DNA of 29,852 bases, from positions 1 through 29,852 of the forward strand of contig JBHGNT010000384.1 in assembly GCA_043228905.1 (NCBI GenBank), written 5' to 3'. A program made the translations under genes and the position numbers. Shown here piece by piece: positions 10,339 to 20,894 of the stretch (position 1 is its first letter; the number at the start of each line of letters is the position of its first letter). Source of the DNA: Azolla caroliniana (lineage: Eukaryota; Plantae; Polypodiophyta). Below the pieces are notes generated by a model. That model saw only the letters and a program-made list of their open reading frames with translations, was not told the DNA's origin and made no database searches.

Positions 10339-12160
10339 TATGCACAAGTCAAAAGAGAACTGTGGGGAGTCGTGTCGGCGATAAAATCGGATCGGGATTA
10401 TTTGATCGGAGCCGAAGTGGTGATCGAGACAGATTGTCTTCCGATACTTGGGATGATGCGGTGTTGTACGATACCAGATGTAGCTATGCTAAGGTGGGTT
10501 GCATATGTCAAGTCGCTTAATCCGGAGGTTCGACACATCTCGGGGAAGGAAAACTCGGTAGCGGATATGTTATCAAGGGCTTGGTTCAGAGACAACATAA
10601 CCGAATCGGATAATGAAGAAGTTTCCGAACACTACTTCGCGTCGGAGCACATATGCCGAGTGAACATAATCCGAGAATTCCGGGAAGAAGAATACGAGGG
10701 AGAAAGTTTGATGATCGGAAAGATGTTACAAGAGGCCGAGGACTCGACAAACGATAAAGGAAGAAGAGCCGAGATCCGAAGGAAGAAGAGGCAAGTCCAA
10801 AAGTTCTTCTTGGAAAACGGATTAATATGGAGGGCGCCGAAAGACCGGATGGTATACCACTTCGAGTAGTTGGGACAAAAGAGCAACGAAACCGGACAAT
10901 TTCCGAGTTTCACGAATCCGATTGGGCTAGACACCGAGGAACATGGGCAACATTTGTGAAGATCAAGCAAAAATATTGGTGGAAGAAAATGTACAAAGAT
11001 GTCGCGGAGTTCACGGAAAGCTGCGAGAAATGTCAAGTCTACTCCGGGGTTCGACATCGAGATGAGTTACATCCGACATTCTCACCGACAATCAACTTCA
11101 AGTGGATGGTCGACATAGTGGCCATGCCGACCGGGATCGGACAAAAGAAATACTTGGTATTAGCTCGGGAAGATCTCACGAATCAAGTAGAAGGTTGAGC
11201 GCTTCAGAGGAAAACGTGTTCCGCGGTATGCCAATTTCTTTTGGAGGAAGTATTTTGCAGGTATGGGTGCGTAGGACAAGTGATTGCGGACCGGGGAGAA
11301 CTCGACTCGGACAAAGCTAGGGGATTCTTCGCCAAACACGGAGTTCGGTTATTGCTGACAACGGCATACAATCCGGAGGCCAACGGGAAAATCGAACGAG
11401 GACATAGTCCGATCGAGAAAGCACTTGCGAAGGCATGCGATGGAAAGGTGAAGGACTGGCCGCAGATGCTTCCGTATGCACTATGGGCGGATCGGACGAC
11501 GCATAGCTCCATAACCGGTTACATGCCGGCAGAACTCATGACCGGACAAGCACCGGTAATGCCGACGGAAACCGCGATCGCAACATGGACAGTGCTACCG
11601 TGGAAGGAAGAGATGAGCCGGGAAGAACTACTAGCGGTCCGGATACGACAACTAGACGGGAGACCGGCAGACATAGCGGAAGCAATACGCCGACAACAAG
11701 AAGCACGATTAAGGAACAAAAGCCTGTTCGACACAAAGCACCAACTACGACCGAGGAGGATTGAAGAAGGAGACTGGGTGATCGTCTATGACAGTAGTTT
11801 GGACCATCAACATACAACGATGCGGAAATTTGCGAAAAGGTGGTTCAGGCCATACGAGGTTCGGAAAGTCTTCGACAATGGAACGTACCGACTGTCCGAG
11901 TTGGATGGAACAATACTACGAGTGCCTATAGCCGGGAAGCGGGTGAAGATTTTTAAGAAGCGGACTGACGACAAACCCTATGTGATCCAAGCCAAGGCCG
12001 ACAACGAGGAGCAATCGGACGAAGACCATGGTGATGCGGGAAGCGAAGAAAGTGAATTACAACTCTTAGTCGACATAAGGGGAGAATCGGAGGAAGCTTT
12101 GGGTGAAGACGGATATGAGGAATCGAGAACTTCGGCACATACCGGAGGATGTGCGGGTTC

Positions 12161-12172
12161 GGAGGGGGAGAG
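12161..12172 (+). other. Polypurine tract of Gypsy-B
   Basis: ggagggggagag lies directly before TGTCATAG. Confidence 0.9.
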
Positions 12173-12947
12173 TGTCATAGTGTATTCCACACTACGTGAA
12201 AACCATAAAATAATATGTCCGATTTTAGATACATATAAATAAATAAATAATATATCAAAACACGTATCACATGCATACCATAAAATAATATGTCCGATTT
12301 TAGATACATATAAATAAATAAATAATATATCAAAACACTTATCACATGCATAAGGCAAGATTCGAACCATGCACCTCCACGTAGATAAACCCCAACTTTA
12401 CCATTGTAATAACTTATCTTTAGTGTTATAAATATAGATTTAATACGTATAAGACCTTTATTTACACATACCTTTATTAAAGGGTAAAAATCATGTATTC
12501 TTTAGAGTGTGAATATTTTATTTACACGTGACATTAAAAGTGACTCATGCACATCTAGCGTGCATGAGCCCTATATTTAGGAAATGACAAAGCATCACAT
12601 GCACATTTAGTGTGCATGGGCACTTTAGGTGAAAAAGCATGAAGCCATGCTTAGCCTCTTCCATCTTTATATGAGGAGAGAAATATGTATAAGGTTGTTG
12701 ATTAATATAGAAGAATTGATCAATCTAATATATTCGTGGGATTCACGAATTTTGCCATCTAAATTACTCTTATAATCTAAATATTGTTTTAAAATACACT
12801 AAACTCGTGGGATTCACGAGATTGTTATCTTACTTCTCTTCCTATTATTCATAACTAGCCTTAAGTTGTATTCCTCTTCCTCCTAGTCCAAAACCTCGAC
12901 GGTTCCCACCCGACTCACGCAACGATCCAGAGCCGAAAGGCACGACA
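12173..12947 (+). repeat. Gypsy-B 3' LTR (775 bp, with an internal 75-bp duplication at 12202-12351)
   Basis: Direct repeat of 5639-6344; ends CACGACA followed by TSD ACGT. Confidence 0.95.
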
Positions 12948-12951
12948 ACGT

Positions 12952-13069
12952 AAACATCCTGTGTACTCTTCTCTTTTCTGTGTTGAACATCTATTTCCCG
13001 TTTTCTGTGTATGATTCTAAGCTGAGTTCTGGCCGAGCGTTGCGTATAGGGAGTGTGTGGTTCACGTCA
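12952..13069 (+). repeat. Copia-A 3' LTR, right part
   Basis: Continues ...ccacgt|aaacatcc as in the uninterrupted related LTR at about 29400 (minus strand ccacgttaacatcc). Ends in CA followed by TSD TTTAC. Confidence 0.88.
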
Positions 13070-13149
13070 TTTACCACAGAAAGAACGAACATCTAAGTGA
13101 CAAGTTATGTGGGAGTGAAGTATGAGAAGGAAGAAGAGAAAAATAAAAC

Positions 13150-13302
13150 TGTGAGATATCCCACATAGATAGGACAAACAAGGACCCTACAATATATAAG
13201 GTAGAGCAAAAGCTATTTATCTTGGTGTCTATGTGTGGAGCATAAAGAGTTCAAGGTGACTTGAACAAAGTTAATATGATGAACAAGTGTGGCCTAGCTA
13301 CA
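13150..13302 (+). repeat. Short TRIM/Copia-type LTR-like segment
   Basis: TGTGAGATATCCCACAT...tatataagg...GCTACA resembles the typical layout of short plant TRIM/Copia LTRs. No TSD found. It may be the 3' part of a longer insert that also includes about 1391-1530 and 13075-13149. Confidence 0.4.
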
Positions 13303-14073
13303 AGTTTTGGCCAACCGAAACTGGACTGACGACGGAGCCGATGAGCCGGCGGCGGATCTGGCGAACCGGCGCCATTTGCCAACCGGCGGCATCCGGAAAA
13401 CCGGCATTAACCGACGGCATCCGGCGACCAACGACCGACGGTAACCGACATCCGGCGTGACGACGATTGGATAAATATATAAATAAATATATATATATAT
13501 GTATACACAAGAAGTGCAAGTGTGGATTTGAACCTTGCACCTCCAAGTTGAGAGTCTATAGGCTTACGACTAAGCCAAGACTTTTTCTTGAAATCATATT
13601 TTTATCATTATAACTTTACATGTAAATTCTCATACATGAGAGCTAAAATGAGTGACGTGGTTATCATGCACCACATGTAATACATGAGCGCCAAATGGCA
13701 AACATGCATTTTATGCATGTCTTATACCCTCAAATGCATGAGGGCATGTTTAAAAGAGGGGAGGAAAAATATAAATTTAAAATGTAAAATTCTTATCAAG
13801 AGCTTTGTACTTTATACCAAAATTAATATTAAAAAGAAAATTCGTTATCCAATTGATGTATTAATCTTGTTCTTCAAATCTAAAGTCAAGCGTATTAATC
13901 TTAATCTCTCTCAATCTAAAATCAATCGTTCTATCTTATCTCAATCTCTCTCTCTCTTTCAATCTATCTTAAATCCTTTCTCGCTAAAGCTAGCACCAAC
14001 TTCGAATCCTTCCGGTCTAGAACCTCGGCGGTTCCGCCTCACAATCTGTGCGTACTGACGGATCTTCATGACA
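13303..14073 (+). repeat. Main body of the Gypsy-A 3' LTR
   Basis: Same layout as the Gypsy-B LTR: AT-rich tract, antisense tRNA-like cassette, CATG palindromes, TATA-like tttaaaag, CT-rich tract, aacctcggcggttcc, and a terminal ...catgACA abutting Copia RT sequence. The left boundary is approximate. Confidence 0.7.
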
Positions 14074-15088
14074 TCGTATAAGCTCTTCTTCAACTGACAC
14101 ACCAGATCCTCTTTCCCTTTCTTCTCAAATCCTTCCGGTTGCTGCATGTAGATTTCTTCCTCGAGTTCACCATGAAGGAACGTCATCTTGACGTCTACCT
14201 ACTCGACTTTGAGGTCCATGCTTGCCGCTATGCTCAATATCGTTCAGATGGATATCATCTTTATGATTTGGGCAAAGATCTCGTCGAAATCCACTCCCTT
14301 CTTCTGCTGGAAACCCTTTACCATGATCTGAGCTTTGTACCTTGGTGGATTTCATGCATCTCCTGGTTTCAGCTTGTACACCCACTTGTTCCGGAGTGCC
14401 CTCTTTCCTTTTAGCAGCTCCGTTAGCTCATATGTATGGTTCTCATGCAAGGAATCCATCTCATCCTACATGGCACTCAACCACTTGTAGTTGTGAGTGT
14501 CTTTCTTTGCTTCTTCGAAGGTTTCCGGCTCCCCTTCATTGGTTAACAGCACATGCTCTGCATCTGGAAATCTCCGAGGGTCACTTCTCTCTCTTAAGGA
14601 TATTTTCGTCCTTCATTTCCGACTACCGGTTCCTCCATTTGCTCCTCATCCTCATCCGATCCGGGGTCTTGTCCAGTTTCGGTGTCTTCTTCTTCTTCGT
14701 CTTCGGTCGGTTCAGTTTCTTGCCCGAATCCGGTCGGTTCATCGAGTGTTATCCGGTTACAAGCTAACTTTCGGTTTTCAAGCGAGTAAGTCCTTGTGTC
14801 CTCAAACCGGTTTTCATTGGTTGATCCGGAGTCCATCATCTTCTTCTCCGACTCCCAGTCGACAATGGTCCTGTCTTCCATGAAGACTATGTCCCGACTC
14901 CGGAACACCTTCTTGTCGACCAGATCCCACACTCAGTAACCAAACTCATTATCGTTGTATCCATGGAATATGCGTGGTCGGGACTTCGGGTCCAACTTTG
15001 CTCTCTTGTCCTTTGCGACATGCACATATGTGACACACCCGAACACCTTCAGATGCCGGTAAGACACATCTTTACTGGTCCGTACTCT
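14074..15088 (-). pseudogene. Copia-B pol fragment (integrase C-terminal region to early RT), same family as Copia-A
   Basis: The minus strand encodes VSYRHLKVFGC, WDLVDKKVFRSRDI and FLHGELEEEIYMQQPEGF...CQLKKSLY, colinear with about 2750-3748 and more degraded. Confidence 0.92.
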
Positions 15089-17836
15089 AGTCAATTGCAT
15101 TAATGCAATGTTGATGGCTATGTTTGACGCATCCACGAACATGTGGAATGGTCGCGTCCAGTCTGACGGATGTACTACCAGTGTCATTGTGAGCATTATG
15201 TTCAATGCTATATACGCTTTGTCTTCTGTCTCTGTCTAACTGAACGGTGTTCGATGCACCGCCGCATGCAAAGGTGTCGCAAAATCTGCTGGAGAGTGAA
15301 GCATCCGACTGTACCAACGGATCTGCCCCAGAAAATGACTGAGGGCTTTTGTATTCTTCGGGGTCAGGGTCAGGTGCAAATGGCTTTTCTAATGACATTC
15401 ACTCCCGATACTCCATCGACAATGTACCCCGAGATTTCTTCTCCTTTTAGGATACCCTTAATGGCTGGATTATGGTGATCCTCCACGGCTAGCCCTTCAA
15501 TAGATTCGGAAAAATTGGCAGGAATCATGACGTGGTTTATGTTACGCATATGTGTCTCCATGGCTTACCGAATCGAGGAACCAAATTTAACAGTTGTTCA
15601 TTGTGAAGATGATCTAGCAGTCGGCAAGGGCCTGCCATACCGGATCCTCCCCTATCATAGCATCTTCCAAACGGGATGATGTTGCCTCGTTTGCCGCGTC
15701 CTAACGCATGCAATCAATGTTGGCGTCATTGGCTTTGTCTACCCAGAATTTTGTAGCTTTTCTTATGTCATCCTGGACTTCCCACTCGGCTGCCTTTGAA
15801 TGGTTGTGGGTGGTTACCTGTTGTACTTCCCTCGGGATGGTATTCACCATCGGTCCCTTGCCATTATCGCATCGTGGACATTGAGTTGCGTAGTAGCCTG
15901 GTTGTTGGGATATAATACAATGTACACTAGACTCACCTTTTTCTGTGGTTGGTTAAGCCACGAGCTCAGGTGGTGGCACGGGTTCATCACGAGATCGTTG
16001 TTGGTACTGATGTTGTCGCGTATTTCGGGGCTTCTTGCGATAATCACGACGATTGGTATTCTGGGGGTGACGTCGGTCTTCCTTCGAATTATCATCGTGG
16101 GGTTGCTTGTTACGTAGGTGTATGTCTCCTCTGTATGATCGTGTTTTGGCCTGCCCACCTCGGTTGTTCGTTGAACGCCAATTCTCGTGGCGTCACCCTC
16201 TACAGTCGTTTCGACAATAGTCATCATCCTCTTGATCGTCATCGTCCCAGTATTGATCATCGTCTCGGATATTATGGTCATTCCGGTCATTGCATTGATT
16301 CCGGTCCACGTTTCGATAACGCTCATCCTGTCGAAAGTGGTCGTTGGGATGCTGATTGTTACGTTGTGCTTCAATCTGCTGAATCGGCGCCGAGGGTCAA
16401 TTCAAAAGGTTGTATTCGCATTGGTCGAATGTATGTGCCCGAGAATGGAAAATAGGGCAATGAGCCTGCATGTTGCAGTTCACTGCCGAGTGTCCCGAGT
16501 TAAGACAGATTGTGCATTGAATGGCTTGCCGAAACCGATACTCATCATCCCGCGGTAACTCTTATCATAAGGATGTCATGGACATGCCTTCTTCTGTGTC
16601 TTCCAGCTCCATCAGAAGAAAGAGGTCGAGAACTGTGTCTGTTGTCTGGCCCGTAAAGTCGAGCATGCCCAATGTTGTGCACATGGGTCGGCGTAAGGCG
16701 GCGAGGAATGCGTCTTTAGCCTCGTCCTCGATATGTGCCCGCATAAGTTGGCTTCTTAGGTTCTGGAACCTGATGATGAAATCGGCGATCGATTCCTGAT
16801 TGAACCATCGGATCGAGTAGAATTGACTGATGATTTCTCGCTGCGAAATGCTCTAGTGAAATAATCGAAGAAACGTCGTGTGAAGCTGGTCGAAGGTCGT
16901 AAAAGTCGAGAAATCCAGCCGCAAGTGCCATTGCGCTACACGTTCGTCGAGAGTAAGCCCGAATTCCGTGATTTTAGAGGTGTTAGCACCGGCCTCCGAG
17001 TCTACAACACATGGTTCGCGTTCCTGACATTGAGGAAAGAACGAGCATGAGCCTCCGCATCGGTTTCACCGTTGTAATGGGGGTAAAAGAAGGCCATGGT
17101 TGTGTATGTAGAGCGTGTGAAGCTGTCATAAGCTGCCTCAGTCGAACGTGGTGAGGGGTTTGTCTAGCTGGTGCTCTCAATGACCGAGTGAAGTTGGTAG
17201 AGGACCTCCTATCCAGTTGTGCTTTGCTCAGTCAGCGTGGACTTGAACATGCTTTCTTCGAGATCCGATAAGCGGATGTCGAGGCGTGACTTTCCCGCGG
17301 TAAGTTTTGCCATCTTTCGGGATTTTACCCAAGTCTGGGGTTTACCTCGGCGGTTTGTTTCTTTGCTGCCTCTACGGCTGGATGACATCCATCCCCTAAT
17401 GTTCAACAATGCTTGTCTCAGATCTCCAAGCGTGCCAAAAGTGTTACCGGTTAAGGTGATACGGTATCGAATCCTCGGTCCTTCGGGATTCGGTTGAAGG
17501 TAATTGTGGTTCAGGAATGGAGAGTACATTGTAACCGTCATACGGGTGACTGTACCCTGAGCTCGTAATTGTTATTTAATCATGGAAACTATGGAGATTA
17601 GGAAGACGGCTACAACCGACTTCTTACAGCGTATATGACTCAACACAGAAAATGAACTTGACACGATAACAAATATAAAGATTTACGAGACACAAAGAGT
17701 CAGGCAAACAGAAACTATATTGCAAATATTTGAATACAAAATTATCACTCACTACTACAAGTTTTCCTTGCCCTTTGTAAAGAATCAAGAGATGGATTCT
17801 TGTGAAGCGGAAGAGATGTGAGTTATGTGTGTGTGT

Positions 17837-17867
<31 letters not shown>

Positions 17868-18379
17868 TGAAACATAGAGAATACGCAAGGTAAAAGTATA
17901 TTAACAAAGGAGAAAGACTCAACATTGTACAAGGTGGGAGGAGGGTGCTTTATGTAGTCACCCTCTCTCTTCATTAACTACAAGACTCATGGAGCATGGG
18001 GAATGTGAAAGCTCATAAGTTATGTGTCATAGAATATGATTCTATGACTCATACTAAATGCTAGAATACAAAGTGGTGACATAATGGTGACTCTTGACCG
18101 TTGGAGTGTCTCTTCACTCTCAAGGTGAGTTCACACACTCGACCAAGTTGAGCTTGATTCTCAACACCCTTTGTATAGGGTTATGGTCGGTTTTGCTCAG
18201 CGCGTGAACCGTTGCTTTTTCTTTAAACTATTAATTACACTTCGGTTGTCGCTACGCTACGGCTGTTACTCCCTCTTCATTACGCGACGGCCCCACCCAT
18301 CTTCTTCACTTCCTGTAACTGTCCATTTGTCTTTTCTCCTTCTCGACCTTTCCCACTTGGCCGTCCAAGGTGGCCAACA
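15089..18379 (-). mobile_element. Gypsy-C: 5' part of a decayed, internally deleted Ty3/Gypsy element
   Basis: On the minus strand: LTR starting TGTTGGCC at 18379 and probably ending ...TAACA at 17570, gag (ESIADFIIRFQ near 16790) with CCHC knuckles, protease IVDGVSGVNVI (about 15390-15425), then the RT connection (FLGQIRW) and RNase H start (DWTRPFHMFVDAS). Confidence 0.8.
17776..18166 (-). repeat. Solo LTR (391 bp)
   Basis: TGTAA...CAACA flanked by a perfect 5-bp TSD CCCTT (17771-17775 and 18167-18171). Contains a GA microsatellite; orientation inferred from a minus-strand TATA-like motif followed by a CT tract. Confidence 0.85.
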
Positions 18380-20139
18380 ATAGAAACTCTAATCTGCATC
18401 ACATCCATAAAGTTTGCCCTAGGTGTATTTATACTTATACATAGTATGGGTTATTTACAAATGTAGCCTCTACCACTCTCATTGCTATTATTATACTAAT
18501 AACAGTAACAATTAATCAGTCGACTGATCGACTAGCTGAAACTTGTGTCGATACTCCAGTCGGCCTGTCTAGTCGTCCTTGTCTTCGACTTGGATCACTT
18601 TCTATATTGTTGACTCCCCTTTGTCATCGATTGTCGGCTCTTTGTTCGACCAGTTGACTACTCCTTGTCTTTGACTATTGGCATTTACTCAACCGAAGAG
18701 TCGGCTCCTCCCACATGAGGGACATTGCCTAAGAGTTACAATCTAAAACTTCTGATAATTTATGAGTTGAAGTTTGATATGGAAGAGAGATAATGAAAAT
18801 TTATCTTGAAGTGATATAATGAAAACTAAATAACATCTTCGTTCTTTTGAATGGAAGGCTTTACAAGATTTTTGCTAAAGAGTTTCGTGCATGTTTTCGA
18901 ATAATCTCAGAGTTGTGTATTAAAAACCAATATAATGGGCTTGTTGTATTGCTTTTAAATGTCTCAATTAGTATTTGCTACTTTTCTTGGAGCTTACATG
19001 AAGTTGCTCATTGTCATTATTATTGACATTGCATGATTCTCCTATTATAGTCTTCTTGAAAATTTTATATTCGATCGTAGATCTTATATGCCATTATTGA
19101 AGTGAGACGCATAATATGGCCTAACAAATTGATATTCAATCCATTATGTTTGGCTAATTCTTGTAGATTCAAAGTGCATCAAGGACATAATTACCTTGAG
19201 GGTAAACACATCTAATTTGGTGTCATTGCTTGAGACACTAAAAGTATTCAATCACAGTAACCACCTTCGAGTTGTTAAGTACCTACTTGCCATGCATAGA
19301 ATGGCAAACAAAGATACTGGCATTGGTACAATGACACAATTGTGGAACCATGAGAGGAGAATTCATGACATAGTTATAGATCTACAACATTAAAGTCACA
19401 CCATTTTGATCGTGGGGGGTGCAATGCCTTTTGTAAAGAACTCTAAAGATAACATTTTACTCTCTTACCTTAAGAGATTAACATTACATGGTTATTGAGC
19501 CAAACCCTAATCTCTCTCCTTGTATGAACTATGATCATGGTAATAGTAATTAATCAAAGTGTTCTTGGTTTATTTGCTTATATTCCCTTTACTTCTCTTA
19601 AATGTGAACTCTTTAATGAGCCATTAGTGAGCTCCTTTGTGAGAAACCCTTTTGAGAGAGGTGAGTTAGATTCACTATTCGTGAGGTTGGTACCTTGAGG
19701 GTGCTCACCAACCACTCTCATCTGACTTGCCAACAATAGGATATATATACGACAGTTCGAACTCCTCGACAAACAATCATGAGAAGGATAATACATGACC
19801 CCATTGTAATCTTATGTTACACCTTGAAAATCAGCCATTTAACAAATTTGCAATACAAAAGTTTTGGTTCATTCACAAAGTCTCAACAATGTCCATGTCA
19901 TGTCTAAGAGGTAGCTAGTCCCATTTATATACTTCACTCCTTAGGCTTTCAAATCACCACATGTTCCCATGTGCCTTGGGTCTTTATAGGCTTGTTTAAA
20001 GTCCTCGGCATAGTTCTTCACATACACATATTTTACACATTAGATATGTTTCAAATTACTCAAACACATTCAAATCGTATTTTATGTTTTGGAACGGCCA
20101 TTTTTATAAAAAAAGAGCTTGGACCCATTTGTATAAATT

Positions 20140-20347
20140 TTTGGGTTTATTTTGAAGAGAAGAAAAAGATAATTGAGATTTTTTTGACAACAAGACTTTG
20201 TGGATGCTCCTTTTTCTACAACTTCTTCAATTTGTTGCAATTATATTTCGGGTTTATTTTGAAGAGAAGGAAAAGATAATCGAGAGTTTTGTTGTCAACA
20301 AGACATTGTGACTCCTCCTTTTTCCTACTACTTCAATTTGTTGCAAC
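20140..20347. repeat. Diverged tandem duplication, period about 107 bp
   Basis: gggtttattttgaagagaag...cttcaatttgttgcaa starts at 20143 and 20250. Confidence 0.85.
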
Positions 20348-20894
20348 TTGCATTGCGATATATTTTTGACATCAAAGTCTTCAATTCTCACTAAGATCTC
20401 ATAAAATATTTCAATGATTTTACCAGTGAGCCCGTCAATTGAATGTGCACATTGTCACTAAGATTTGATAAAAGCGTATGAATGTATGTCAAGATCCAAG
20501 TTGTTCTATTGATATTACAAGTATTCAACTTATTCATGTATTCTATATATTTAACATATTATATCTTCAGAATACGTATTCTAAGTACTTAACACAGAAT
20601 ACGTTCTAAATATTTCGCATACGTATTGTACGTATATGGTGCTATGTATGTTACAATCATGGTCCTAGGGTACCCAATTTCCCACTTATCCTATCCTCAA
20701 AACCATTAGAATTATCTGTTTGAACGTACTCCCCATGACTTAATCCTATGATGTGAGATACACACATTTCATGAAGTATCCAATCTATGCCAACTTGACA
20801 AAACACTCACTCTATTGTAAGTACCTTATCCTAGTGGTAAGTTGTTGTACTACAAGCACAATGTCTTGGGTTTGAAACGCAGTTATCTCACCTC

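Larger units (their letters stand above)
8420..12242 (+). pseudogene. Gypsy-B ORF2: RT-RNase H-integrase, disrupted
   Basis: RT YSNRWFTVPKKNG / LPQGATNS / PFLDDIP, RNase H ETDCLP, integrase HHCC (FHES...HRG...CEKCQ), MVDIV / IADRGE / KIERG, and a GPY-like WFRPY. Broken by a 158-bp duplication, a frameshift near 10820 and TGA at 11196. Confidence 0.93.
5639..12947 (+). mobile_element. Gypsy-B: near full-length Ty3/Gypsy LTR retrotransposon, no chromodomain evident
   Basis: Two LTRs (TG...CA), 4-bp TSD ACGT (5635-5638 and 12948-12951), PBS, PPT, and domain order gag-PR-RT-RH-INT. Confidence 0.96.
1531..13069 (+). mobile_element. Copia-A: Ty1/Copia LTR retrotransposon (Tork/Tnt1-like), internally deleted and interrupted by Gypsy-B
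   Basis: 5-bp TSD TTTAC at 1526-1530 and 13070-13074. LTR start ttttgggagacaggtccc (1531) matches tgttgggagacaggtccc (4877). Domain order is PR-INT-RT-RH. Confidence 0.92.
1..14073 (+). mobile_element. Gypsy-A: 3' end of a Ty3/Gypsy element (internal tail 1-1369; 3' LTR 1370...14073 split by later insertions)
   Basis: 1332-1369 (ggcacgtaccggaggacgtgcggtttggtggggttgga) matches the pre-PPT/PPT of Gypsy-B at 12134-12172. TGTCGTGAAGAT at 1370 is the inverted complement (11/12) of ATCTTCATGACA ending at 14073. The motif aacctcggcggttcc near 14020 also occurs near the end of the Gypsy-B LTR. The 5' part lies outside the window. Confidence 0.65.

Noticed and set aside
11950-12172. Chromodomain or env-like ORF after the Gypsy-B integrase
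   Set aside because: Only a short acidic low-complexity tail, with no aromatic-cage motif or transmembrane segment.
17550-17569. PBS of Gypsy-C (minus strand attacgagctcaggg)
   Set aside because: No TGG start and only weak resemblance to a half-tRNA-iMet primer site; cannot assign.
18950-19900. Highly decayed Copia RT/RNase H on the minus strand (EFFTKG resembling DIFTKA)
   Set aside because: Plausible but too degenerate to support or delimit by eye; needs a profile search.
20560-20655. DNA-transposon (hAT-like) end with cgtat subterminal repeats
   Set aside because: No partner TIR or TSD found.
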